Both the position numbers and the translations under genes were made by a program. Below the pieces are notes generated by a model, which did not search any database, was not told the origin of the DNA, and worked only from the letters and a program-made list of their open reading frames with translations. Shown here one piece after another: positions 38,492 to 48,613 of a stretch of DNA of 64,000 nt. Each line of letters opens with the position of its first letter. The stretch's first letter is position 1. The stretch comes from Porphyridium purpureum (taxonomy: Eukaryota). The stretch is taken from positions 248,001-312,000 of the forward strand of contig VRMN01000002.1 in the NCBI GenBank assembly GCA_008690995.1. Direction: 5' to 3'.

Positions 38492-40792
38492 TCAGATCGT
38501 GGCGTTCCGCATGACCTGAGCCGCGCGCTCGAGGCTCTCAATGAACGATACGTGCACCGCACTCTCGTGCAACGCGAGCCGGTCGACTTCTGCACGCCGG
38601 TGAGCTGCAATGCGTTCCAGTCCACACGCAAACTCCTCGCGCTCTGCGCGAGCACATTCGAGCGCACGTTGGTCGCGCGCAGCGAGGCTCGCTTGGCATG
38701 CGACCAGGCGCCTCAGGTGCTCGTACTCGGCATCCCCGGCTTGTCCGAGCTCCTGCAATTTGGCCACGACAACTTGCATCTGCTTTTCGTACTGCTCGTG
38801 CATGCGGGCGATCTTCGCCTTGTACTTCTCCGCGCGCTGTGTGCCAGTGCGCGCCTTGGCCTTCCAGTTTTCAAGGTCCGTGCATGTTTGCAAAAGTTCA
38901 TTTTGTAATTGCTGCACCGCGATCGATTGCTCATTCACTGCGCGTTGCGCAAGCTCGTTCGCAGCCGACCTCTCCATCAGCTCTTGAGTTTTAGAGTCGA
39001 GCTGCAGCTCCACATCTCGCGTCAACGTTTCCAAGCGCCTCACCTCCCTCGTCAGTGTCTCTGCCTTTTGAGACAAGTCGTCAGTAATCGCTTCCCATTC
39101 GCGCTTCTGCGTCGCCAAGGCGTGCCGCAGAGATTCACCTGCCGACTCTGCCGACTCAGCGCGCTGCTCCATCTCCGCCAGACAGCGCTCTTTATCACGA
39201 AATACAGATTCTTTCTGTTCCTTTTCATCAAGCATCCGCTCAGAACTTTCCAGCTTGGCACTCAGAAGACGGACTTGCTGAGCCAAATCACCGGCTCTCG
39301 CGTCCCATTCGGATTTCTCGGTCCCGTGGGCAAGCTCCTGCGCCGCACGTTCGCGCTGATGCTCACACGTGAGTTCCTCCAACTTTGCATAGAGCGCGTG
39401 GACCTTGTCCAATTCGGAGCGCCACAGATCACGCATTTGCATCAAGTGACGCCGCATGAAAATCACCTGTAGTTTCGCGCCTTCGACGCTGTCCGAGCGC
39501 ACAGCAGAGCCAGGCGACTCTGTCATAAGAGCTTCACTAAATACACTTTCCAGGTCACTGGTCGAGGCGCCATCGTCTGGAACGCAGGCAAGCACACTGT
39601 CGTATGCTTTCACAATGGCCCCAATCTCGCTTTGACGCAACGCGCGCCCGCGCAAAACATGTTCCAATGCCGTCTCGCTGGTTTGCTTTCCGAGCGGCTG
39701 CTCAGACAGTGCGCTATCCGCCTCGTCAAAACGAAGCCGCACTTTCGTGGCCTCATGATCGAGCGAACGCATGGCGTCCGTGAAAAATTGGGTCTGTAAG
39801 ACTGACGAAGGACTGCTTTCAGCACTCCTGGAGCCGGCCACTAAAGCCTGTGCCTGTGGCACGCACAGTCCGCGAATGCGATCCTCAAGGCGAGAAACTT
39901 GCTCGCGATGTGCGACGCGCTCGGCCTCCAGAGTTTCATGCGCGCGGTCGGCTTCTTCCTTCTTCTCGCGCGTGGCAGCCTGAAGCTGTGCCTCGAGGTC
40001 CCGCTTCTCTGCAATAAGAGCGATTTGGACGGCCTGCTGCTGCCTCGACAGCGCCTCCAGTTCTTTCACGCGCGCGTCGGTCGCTGGCCGATCAACGCCG
40101 GACTGCAGCCTTTGCACGATGCACTGCATCTGCTTCTGGAGTAATTCTTCTGCCCGCTCGTCGTACGACAAACCGGCGTCGTCAATTTGCGACCCTGAAG
40201 CGTCTGACTCGTACTCCGGCAGCTGGAGCAACGAGAAAATGGTATCACATTGTGTGCGAAAGTGCTGAGTAAGCTGGCCGAATCGATATGCCTGATCACT
40301 GAGCATGATATCCGCGTCTTCCTTTTCTGAGCGCAAGCGCAAGATTTCGCAACTAAGCGCTTCCACCGCATCCATAACATGAGGCTCCGATGCAAGCTCT
40401 GCGGAAGGGCCATCATCTTCGGCATCAAGTTGCGCAGGTTCACCGTTTTCACCATCCGATACTGAAAGCTCTACATCCTCATCCACCATCGTCGCCACTG
40501 CCGGCTCTGGGTTGACCTCGTCGCTGTCGCACACACGCTCGTCGTCCTCATACAGCGGCACTGTGCCAACGCCGTGCTGGACAGAGCCCTGCTCGTCCAC
40601 ACACGAAGCCGGAGAAAGAACTGCTGGAGACGGTGTCCAGGTGTGCTTTCGGTTCTTCGTCTCATCAAACACAACACGCGTGGGAGTTATCGGGGCAACG
40701 AACTGCCTCTCATCTGCGCGCTTAACACCTTGCTCCGGATGATACAGCTCCCACTCAAACGCAGACATTGTTCTGCTTGTCTCAGTCACCAT
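38492..40792 (-). CDS. Long coiled-coil protein of unknown function
   Basis: About 766 aa, E/Q/L/R heptad-rich; acidic N-terminus; start is 40792 or 40768. Confidence 0.75.
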   Translation of the reverse strand: MVTETSRTMSAFEWELYHPEQGVKRADERQFVAPITPTRVVFDETKNRKHTWTPSPAVLSPASCVDEQGSVQHGVGTVPLYEDDERVCDSDEVNPEPAVATMVDEDVELSVSDGENGEPAQLDAEDDGPSAELASEPHVMDAVEALSCEILRLRSEKEDADIMLSDQAYRFGQLTQHFRTQCDTIFSLLQLPEYESDASGSQIDDAGLSYDERAEELLQKQMQCIVQRLQSGVDRPATDARVKELEALSRQQQAVQIALIAEKRDLEAQLQAATREKKEEADRAHETLEAERVAHREQVSRLEDRIRGLCVPQAQALVAGSRSAESSPSSVLQTQFFTDAMRSLDHEATKVRLRFDEADSALSEQPLGKQTSETALEHVLRGRALRQSEIGAIVKAYDSVLACVPDDGASTSDLESVFSEALMTESPGSAVRSDSVEGAKLQVIFMRRHLMQMRDLWRSELDKVHALYAKLEELTCEHQRERAAQELAHGTEKSEWDARAGDLAQQVRLLSAKLESSERMLDEKEQKESVFRDKERCLAEMEQRAESAESAGESLRHALATQKREWEAITDDLSQKAETLTREVRRLETLTRDVELQLDSKTQELMERSAANELAQRAVNEQSIAVQQLQNELLQTCTDLENWKAKARTGTQRAEKYKAKIARMHEQYEKQMQVVVAKLQELGQAGDAEYEHLRRLVACQASLAARDQRALECARAEREEFACGLERIAAHRRAEVDRLALHESAVHVSFIESLERAAQVMRNATI

Positions 40793-41655
40793 GCGCGCAC
40801 ACACACACTCTCTCACACACTTACACATACACACAACGAACAAACACGCAGAGCTCGGACTGCGCTCGACACCTGCTTATCCTCGACAGCCACGAATCGT
40901 CCACGCCCTTGTCCACCATGCCGCGCCTTGCTCCGTCTCGTGGCGTCCTTCCCCAGTCGTCTGCGGCTCGACCTTTTTCAAATTTTCAAAAATGGTCAAG
41001 CCGCATCACAGCACAAAGCACAACTGTACCCACTGAACCGCCAGCCGTATCCGTTAATTAAGATAAAAAAGTGATTAAAATAAAGTTAAACAAGTTTGCG
41101 CAAACCACGCTAGTCCGTGTCAAACGCGGCGTGGAGTAGCGTGACTGCTTCTTCCAAAGAGCCTGCTGCAGAAGTAGGCGTGTAGCCAGCGGTTTGCGCG
41201 ACAGCAAAGCGCACTCGACTATCAAACGAGGCAACCGTCAATGCGGTCAGCTAGAAGGCGCGCACGGTTGTCGTTATCGTTGTCGGCGGCACGCACATTC
41301 GCACTCAACTCGAAGCACGACGGAGGCATCTTCTGCGCGAAATCAGACGAGCGCGCATGCACGCGCGACACGGCAATGCCGACGCCGATGGAGCACGCTC
41401 CTCATCGCCAACCCCAGTAACACATGAACCACGCAGCCTGTTGCTGATGACTTGCCGGGCTAAGCGACATCTCCACCCGCCAGCCGGTCCAGTGAGTGTA
41501 TCACTGTACCTCTGAACTGAACCGTTGCGAGCGATTATGGAGGTACAGCGTCTCCTCAAGAGGGTGTACAGTATTAACCCTAGACGGGCAGGAACCCTAG
41601 CGTCTGCGGGAGGTGGCGCCTGTCGAGAGAATCTGAGCGCTGAAGAATATGGACG

Positions 41656-41681
41656 TGTGTGTGTGTGTGAGGCGTGTGGGG

Positions 41682-41708
<27 letters not shown>
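41656..41708. repeat. (TG)n and (GA)n microsatellites 5' of SSADH
   Basis: gtgtgt run then gagaga run. Confidence 0.8.
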
Positions 41709-41712
<4 letters not shown>

Positions 41713-41739
41713 GACTCGCTTAAGCGGGCAGTTGGATGG

Positions 41740-43443
41740 ATGGGTTTGGGATCGGCGATGCGCCCACCGGCTAGCGTGCATGTGTTCTCAAAGTGGATGC
41801 GGTCGTGGTGCGTGCGCGCGGCAAAGCAGCTGGTGAAGGGCGGAGAAGGCACAGGGGGATTCCCCGCCGCGCCAAGTCGGGTTCGCACCGTGTCGGTGTC
41901 GGCGCGCAAGATGATGGGTGCGGTGGGTGAGCAAGCATCGCTGGGTCTGGAGGACGCGTCGTTGGTCAAGCCGGGCTCGTTGATCGCGGGAAGGTACGCT
42001 TGTGTCGGCGGAGCAGACGGGTCAGCGGAGGAGACGCTTGTCGTGCGCAACCCAGCGACAAGTGCCGCGTTGCAGACGCTGCATTCGGCGTCGCGGCGTG
42101 ACGCCGTGCGCGCAATTGAGAGCGCGCACGCCGCATTCCTGCAGTGGAGGCATTCGGCGCCCAGCGAGCGATATGACTTGCTGCAAAGGTGGGCCGCGCA
42201 AATTGACGGTCATGAGAAGGATCTGGCACGCCTGCTCACCTTGGAGAACGGTAAGCCGTACGCAGAGGCATTGGGCGAGATTCGATACGGCAACGCATAC
42301 GTCAAATGGTTTGCCGAGGAGGCCGTTCGCATGTACGGCGACCACACCATGAATACACGCGACTCTCGTGGGTTGGTGATTCGGCAGCCCGTCGGCGTGG
42401 CGGCCGCCATCACGCCCTGGAACTTTCCGTGTGCAATGGTCACACGCAAAGTGGCGCCCGCTATTGCAGCCGGTTGCGCGGTGGTGCTCAAGCCGGCTGA
42501 GCTCACGCCGCTAACCGCACTGGCACTCGCGGAGCTTGCAAAACGCGCAGGAGCCCCGGACGGTCTCTTCAATGTCCTGGTCGCGGCCTCCCCCAAGGCC
42601 GTCGGTGAGGAGCTCTGCACGAATCCTTTGGTGCGCAAAGTGTCATTTACAGGCTCCACGCCCGTCGGGAAGCAGCTGCTGAGCTGGTGCAGCTCCACAG
42701 TCAAACGCACGAGCATGGAGCTCGGCGGACTGGCGGCGTTTATTGTGATGGACGACGCGTGCATTGACACTGCTGTCGCCGCGCTCATGCAGAATAAGTT
42801 TCGTAATGCGGGTCAGACATGCGTGTGTGCCAATCGCATCTATGTGCAGCAGGGCGTGTACGACGAGTTTGTGCATAAAGTTGCAGAAAAAGTCAAGGCG
42901 CTTGTGGTTGGAGACGGACTTGTCGAAACATCGAGCATTGGTCCTCTTATCAACGCCGCCGCCGTTGCCAAAGCGAATGACCACGTACGTGACGCCGAGG
43001 CAAAGGGTGCAAAAATTGTTGCGCGTGCGCCCTTCAATGCACCCGCCGAGTTGGCCAGCGGACACTTTTTCGCACCATGTGTGTTGAGAGACGCCACAGA
43101 TGAAATGAAGGTATCATTTGAAGAGACATTCGGACCCGTGGCGCCGATCTTTGCGTTTCGCACGGAAGAGGAGGTGCTCGCGCGCGCCAATGCGAGTCCC
43201 TTTGGTTTGTCAAGCTACTTGTTTACGCGCGATATTGGCCGAATCACGAGACTGAGTGAAGGGCTCGAGTGTGGTATTGTCGGCGTGAACCAAGGCGCCA
43301 TCTCGGACGCGCGCATGCCCTTCGGAGGCGTGAAGGAGTCAGGCATGGGTAAGGAAGGTGGCCGGTATGGCCTGGAAGATTACACTATCCGCAAATACAT
43401 TCTGATAGGCGCCTTGAATGACCCACCGGCCGTGTGTAGATGA
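41740..43443 (+). CDS. gabD: Succinate-semialdehyde dehydrogenase (ALDH5/GabD), likely mitochondrial
   Basis: ITPWNFPCAMVTRK, SFTGST, MELGG, KFRNAGQTCVCAN, EETFGP, PFGGVKESG; exact start uncertain (41740, 41797 or 41911). Confidence 0.92.
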   Translation: MGLGSAMRPPASVHVFSKWMRSWCVRAAKQLVKGGEGTGGFPAAPSRVRTVSVSARKMMGAVGEQASLGLEDASLVKPGSLIAGRYACVGGADGSAEETLVVRNPATSAALQTLHSASRRDAVRAIESAHAAFLQWRHSAPSERYDLLQRWAAQIDGHEKDLARLLTLENGKPYAEALGEIRYGNAYVKWFAEEAVRMYGDHTMNTRDSRGLVIRQPVGVAAAITPWNFPCAMVTRKVAPAIAAGCAVVLKPAELTPLTALALAELAKRAGAPDGLFNVLVAASPKAVGEELCTNPLVRKVSFTGSTPVGKQLLSWCSSTVKRTSMELGGLAAFIVMDDACIDTAVAALMQNKFRNAGQTCVCANRIYVQQGVYDEFVHKVAEKVKALVVGDGLVETSSIGPLINAAAVAKANDHVRDAEAKGAKIVARAPFNAPAELASGHFFAPCVLRDATDEMKVSFEETFGPVAPIFAFRTEEEVLARANASPFGLSSYLFTRDIGRITRLSEGLECGIVGVNQGAISDARMPFGGVKESGMGKEGGRYGLEDYTIRKYILIGALNDPPAVCR

Positions 43444-43786
43444 AAGACACAAAAGAAAAAGAAGAATAAGAAAAGAAAACCAATGGAACCTGTTCGTCTC
43501 TAATTGATTCCTTTGCTCTCCTTCCCAGCGTCGCTAGGAACAGAAGCAGCAGAGGAAGGTGCCAAGAAGAAAAAAAAACAACAGGAAAACAGAACACGAG
43601 TAGAAGAAACATGTCGTAATATTCAAGCACACGACGTGCGCCGCGAGCATGGCTGTTCCTCTCGTACGGTATCTAGAGGCACACGTCGCCGCTTAATGTG
43701 TGCCGGGCAATATGCATTGTGATTATCATCGGTACTGCCCTAGGTATCGATGTCCATGATTTACACATCATCAGTATCGGCCATCT

Positions 43787-44215
43787 CTACTCCTTTTTGT
43801 GACCAGGAAGACCCAACAATGGTGCACCATCTGGTCCCGTAACATTCATGGCCTTCATGAGGCCCGTGCGCTCATCCACGGCCACAACGAACTCCACTTT
43901 TTCATTTTCGCGGAGAGCTCGAAAGCCGTCGTACTTTAGCTGGGACTGGTGCACGAAGACTTCGAGCTTTGTTTGCGAGCATGTGACGTAGCCATAGCCC
44001 CTCTTTTTGTCGAACCACTTGCATCTGCCCGACCTTTTCGCGCCGACGGGAACATCCGTGGCCTCCGGCACGGACTGGTCATCGGAGTCGTCAGTCGCGT
44101 TGGTTGCAAAGTGTCTGTTGATTCTTCCAAGACCGCCTTTCTCCCACGGTCCCCCTGCTCCCCTGCGAGCGGAAATCCTCCACAGGTTGGCTATCGTGGC
44201 CGAAGAGATCGCCAT
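43787..44215 (-). CDS. Cold-shock domain protein, copy 1
   Basis: GRCKWFDKKRGYGYV, VFVHQS, GFRAL, NVTGPDG; N-terminal presequence. Confidence 0.9.
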   Translation of the reverse strand: MAISSATIANLWRISARRGAGGPWEKGGLGRINRHFATNATDDSDDQSVPEATDVPVGAKRSGRCKWFDKKRGYGYVTCSQTKLEVFVHQSQLKYDGFRALRENEKVEFVVAVDERTGLMKAMNVTGPDGAPLLGLPGHKKE

Positions 44216-44588
44216 TTCAATGCTGCCCGCTTGTCCGGTGTTTCCCCCTCCGCGCGTTGCGTTTCCTTCGCACCGTGGTCTTTCGCCCGCCAGTTACCAA
44301 TGCGATGCACGGGCGGCTTGCCTACCCCACGCAACTTGACAGAGATCCTGAGGACGTTGCGCGCCAGCACACTTGAGTACTCTTTCTCTCACTTTGCCAA
44401 GCCTCCACTTACGGCGAGTATCCGCACTAAAATTTGTCAATGATTTATTTCTCGGACTCAAACTATCATTTTCAATGCGTCGTCACTTCCCATCGAGCCG
44501 GCCACTGCTCCGATGCATGCCCTCATCCTCACAGCGGCCAGCGTGTATGCATTCTCCTCACGCGTGTGCCCCTCGGGCGGAAAACGCC

Positions 44589-45065
44589 CTAATATCCATC
44601 GTCCCGACCCCGACCATAGTCGTTGCCGCCGCCGCGGTCGTTGAACCCTCCCGACCCATAGTTGCTCGAGTTCGACTGCCGAGGCTGACCCTGCACAGGC
44701 GCGCCGTTCGGCCCAGTGACATTGATGGCCTTCAATTTGCCGCTGCGATCATCCACCATGACGGTGAACTCGACGGCCTCCCCCTCGGCGAGCGATCTGA
44801 ACCCCTCGGCGTGGATCGAGGACTGGTGCACAAAAACGTCCGACCCGTCTGACGCGGTGATGAATCCGTAGCCTTTCTCATTGTTGAACCACTTGCACTC
44901 GCCGGTCTTGATTGCGCCGGATGCCTCGGTGGCGAAGCGCGCCACGCGCATGCCCAGCGCGCGGACCATGCTGCTGCTGCGGCTCACGCTGCTGCTCTCC
45001 CACGCGCCAGAACAACTGCGCGCCGAGCGCCACAGACTTGCAAATCTGCCCTGTACAGCCGACAT
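44589..45065 (-). CDS. Cold-shock domain protein, copy 2, Gly-rich tail
   Basis: [33 protein letters not shown]. Confidence 0.93.
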   Translation of the reverse strand: MSAVQGRFASLWRSARSCSGAWESSSVSRSSSMVRALGMRVARFATEASGAIKTGECKWFNNEKGYGFITASDGSDVFVHQSSIHAEGFRSLAEGEAVEFTVMVDDRSGKLKAINVTGPNGAPVQGQPRQSNSSNYGSGGFNDRGGGNDYGRGRDDGY

Positions 45066-45895
45066 GATGCCGTTCTTCCCCGCCGCGTTCCCCTGCCCTC
45101 CTCCGTTCGGTCCCGCGGCGTCACGCTCCCCGGTCTCTCCACGCGCCGTCCACCTCTACCGCATCCGCGTCCGCATCCGTTTTTTCCGGCGGCGCCAAAA
45201 ATCTACTGGACGCTTCGCAGTACCCACAGAACACCGCTGTACCGACGCCGTGCGGACATTTGCGTGCGGTGCGGGGGGAAGGGACAGAAAGTGAAACACA
45301 AAAGGACGCCTCCAGGACGCGCTACGTGGGCGAAAGTTACGATTTCTTTTCCATACTGCTCATTGCCTGTCTCTCTCTCTCTCTCAAGGTCAAGCTCGCG
45401 CTGTGTTCCAAGTTAAGTAGGTGCCTATTAAAGTTAAAGAACTGCCTGTTGGTACGGGTGGGCCTTTGACTCTCGCATATCATGGTTTGCTTGTTGCACT
45501 GACACTGACTCTGGTTCTGGTATCTCGCGGTGTTACAATAACGCACGGACGTTATTTTCAATCTTGCTTGAAAAGATGGCTCATACTCTCCTTTCCTCAA
45601 TTGCATACTTTTCCACATGTCCCTCTGGGTCGTCACATTGCTCTTGTCCTTTCCCTTTGGGTCCACGTGGTCCATTTCTCATCATTCATTTTGTCGCCTG
45701 CACGCGACACTACGGCGCGAGTTTCGCGGGACACTTCCCGATCCACAGCCTCCGTGGCATCGCTGCTTCGACCTCTCCAAACCCCCCCTCCACATTTCAC
45801 ACCACGACACCCCGGCGCGGCCGTCCGATCACGCCGCGCCGCTCCAGAATGCCCCACCGCTCGCTCAGCGGTCCGGGCACGCGCAGGGCCGGAGC

Positions 45896-46333
45896 TTAAT
45901 AGCCGCCGTCGCGGCCTCCTCCGTAGCCACCGCCGTTACGGCCGTAGCTGCCACCCATCTGCCTCTTTGGGGCGCCCTGCACGGGTGCGCCGTTGGGGCC
46001 CGTAACGTTGATGGCCTTCTTCTTGCCGCGGTCGTCGACCGTGACGGTGAACTCGACGGGCTCGCCCTCTGCCAGGGAGCGGTACCCCTCGGCGTGGATG
46101 GACGACTGGTGGACAAAGATATCGCCCGAGCCGTCCGAGACGGTGATGAAGCCGTATCCCTTCTCCGAGTTGAACCACTTGCACTCACCCGACATGATTG
46201 CGCCCGACGCTTCTGTCGCCATGTTTGCTAGTTGCTGAGCCTGTCCCTTTACACGTTGCCACACACCGCCTACCTCTCTCGCACTTCCTGCTCCTCTCCA
46301 CAAACTTGCCACCCGACCACGCACCATCCACAT
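45896..46333 (-). CDS. Cold-shock domain protein, copy 3, Gly-rich tail
   Basis: GECKWFNSEKGYGFI, DIFVHQSSI; second in-frame ATG at 46222. Confidence 0.92.
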   Translation of the reverse strand: MWMVRGRVASLWRGAGSAREVGGVWQRVKGQAQQLANMATEASGAIMSGECKWFNSEKGYGFITVSDGSGDIFVHQSSIHAEGYRSLAEGEPVEFTVTVDDRGKKKAINVTGPNGAPVQGAPKRQMGGSYGRNGGGYGGGRDGGY

Positions 46334-46507
46334 CTCCTTCCCCCCTTTTACCCCAACGCCCACGCCTTCAACCCCTCTGCCCCCCAGCCCCTATCAATAC
46401 CCGCCGCCGGTTGTGGCACACGCCCGTCTCCAAAAACGCGCCCTCGATTTCCCCCTCAAAAACACGTCTTTTTCCTTTCCACAAACAAGAAAAAAGCCAC
46501 GACTACG

Positions 46508-46546
<39 letters not shown>
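46508..46546. repeat. (CAT)13 microsatellite
   Basis: Counted directly. Confidence 0.92.
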
Positions 46547-46547
<1 letters not shown>

Positions 46548-47651
46548 GCGCGCGCCGCGGACATGATATTCCATATCAAACCGCACATATTCTACTACAC
46601 TCGCACATCCACGCACGCCACCCCGCCAGGATATATCTTTATCCCAACCACCACCACCACCAACACCATCACCGGCGGTGTGTGTATAGAAAAACAACCC
46701 CGTTCCTCCAAGGAAGCCAGACCCAACCGAAACACCATCATCCCGAAAATATCGCGCGCGCGGCGCGACGGCCGCCGCACACCGGATTCCGATCTGCTTG
46801 AAGAACAGCCTCGTCTACGTATACACACCCCACCCCCAACCCACACACACCACACGCACCACACACACCGCACGCACAGATATTTTATCCCGCTTTCGTG
46901 TCTCTCGTGTATCCACACAAGATCTCACTCGCACTCACGTGTGCGTGCTTTTTATATAGAACAACCGCGTGTGTTGTCTTGTGTCACTTGGTGTGTGTGT
47001 GTGTGTGTTTTTGAGGTTGAAGAAGTAGAGTAGTGTACAGTTTGGAACCAGTAGTGTACAGTATGTGTGCACGGGTGTTGTCACTGTACCTGCAGTTCAG
47101 TCGATGTGATGCGTGGCTGGCGATCGATCCATTGGGTGGATGGTTGTCGTGCGGTTGTGTGGGGGGTGTACAGTGGTGGAACCACTGGACGTGTGGGGGT
47201 GTACTGTGATTGCGGAATCAATCTCGTGTGTGGTGGTGGAAGTGGGTTGTTGGGAACAGACGGAGCGTGGAAAGAAGAGTCGGAGTGGTGGTGCGGTGGG
47301 GAGATGTGGGGAGGGCGGACACGAGAGCGCGTGAGAGTTTGCCGGCGCCGTGGAAGTGGCATTGAAGTGGGGTTTGACGCCAGCGCGTGAGTGCGTCGAG
47401 GATCGTCAGCTGGTGCGGCGGAGTGGGTGCGCGCGGCAAGGTGCGGGACACGGTGAGTGGGTGGCAGCGTGCGAGTGCGGCAGGGCGCGGCACAGCGTTC
47501 AAGCACGGTCGGACGCGGCACGGCGTGCCGGTGGGAATTGTTTCTTCTGTTTTGCGGGCGACGCGCGCCAGCGCTGCGCGAGACGAGACAGAGGCGCGCA
47601 GCGTACGGCGTGGACGCCCGTGCGGAGGGAGAAGCGGCGCAGGGTGCGACG

Positions 47652-48419
47652 ATGAGACACGGAGGGGCTATGGAGGGCGCGCGCGGCGCGGCATTTGTGC
47701 CGGGCCTGGCGGTCGAGCGACGTGCGAGCGCGTATGGAATGCAGGCAGACTGGGTCGGGCACGCCCGGTTAGGCGCGCCCCACGCGGCAGTTTGGGCTGG
47801 AGCTAGCAAGTGCACGGTGAGCAAGCTCCCGCAGCGCCGCGTCCGTGAAAGACGCAGCTCACGGAGCTCGCGCGCGCGCATCGCGCCGGCCGTCCCTTGT
47901 ATGGCGATTGATGCCGTGCAGATTGAAAGGCCCAACCGCGACACGCGCGTGGTCAAGTCCGGCATTCGCATTGCCGCGCCGCTGTCGTGTGTGTGGGATG
48001 TGCTCACGGCGTACAACCAGCTCGCGGATGTGGTGCCCAACCTTGCGGTCAGCCGGCTAGTGCCGGCCCCAAACGGCATCATTCGACTGGAGCAATGCGG
48101 CGTGCAGAAAATCTTAGGATTCGAGTTCCAGGCGGCGGTCACCATGGACATGACCGAGCAAAACAAGGACAACGACAACCTGCGCAGCATTGTTTTCCGT
48201 CTCGCGGCGTCGCGCGACTTTAAGCGATTCGAGGGCGTCTGGTTTCTCACCAAGATCAACGACCGCTTTACCAAACTCAACTATGAGGTGCTCATCTCGC
48301 CAAAGGGATTTGTTCCGGTATCTGCAGTCGAGTGGCGCATCAAGGAGGACGTGCCGGCAAACTTGCTGGCGGTCAAAAGGGCTTGCGAGGCACTGGTGGC
48401 GGCTACCATGCGCCAATAA
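47652..48419 (+). CDS. SRPBCC/START-fold (polyketide cyclase/dehydrase-like) lipid-binding protein, plastid-type
   Basis: APLSCVWDVLTAYNQLADVVPNL, DFKRFEGVW, TKLNYEV, E.RIKEDVPANLLAV. Confidence 0.82.
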   Translation: MRHGGAMEGARGAAFVPGLAVERRASAYGMQADWVGHARLGAPHAAVWAGASKCTVSKLPQRRVRERRSSRSSRARIAPAVPCMAIDAVQIERPNRDTRVVKSGIRIAAPLSCVWDVLTAYNQLADVVPNLAVSRLVPAPNGIIRLEQCGVQKILGFEFQAAVTMDMTEQNKDNDNLRSIVFRLAASRDFKRFEGVWFLTKINDRFTKLNYEVLISPKGFVPVSAVEWRIKEDVPANLLAVKRACEALVAATMRQ

Positions 48420-48613
48420 TAAATCATGCTCGTTTATTGTTACGGCGGGGCGCGAAGCCATACCCAGGTTCTGCCGCGGCAGCAGAGCGAGCCACGCTCG
48501 CCAATCACTCGCACGCACGTCGCAGCTCCAAACGCCGACCAACTGTACCTATCCTCACGGGCTCCGCACTCGAATGGTCCAAGGCTTCGAATCGCACATT
48601 GCCGTCTGGTGCG

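Noticed and set aside
45300..45700. AT-richer segment between CSD copies as a possible transposon remnant or ncRNA
   Set aside because: No terminal repeats, target-site duplication or coding similarity visible
46232..47033. Poly-His/poly-Ile/poly-Met ORFs
   Set aside because: Artefacts of the (CAT)13 microsatellite in intergenic DNA
48332..48613. Overlap of the DEAH helicase ORF with the SRPBCC gene
   Set aside because: The ORF track starts at a non-ATG codon; the first ATG is at 48614, after the upstream stop and AATAAA
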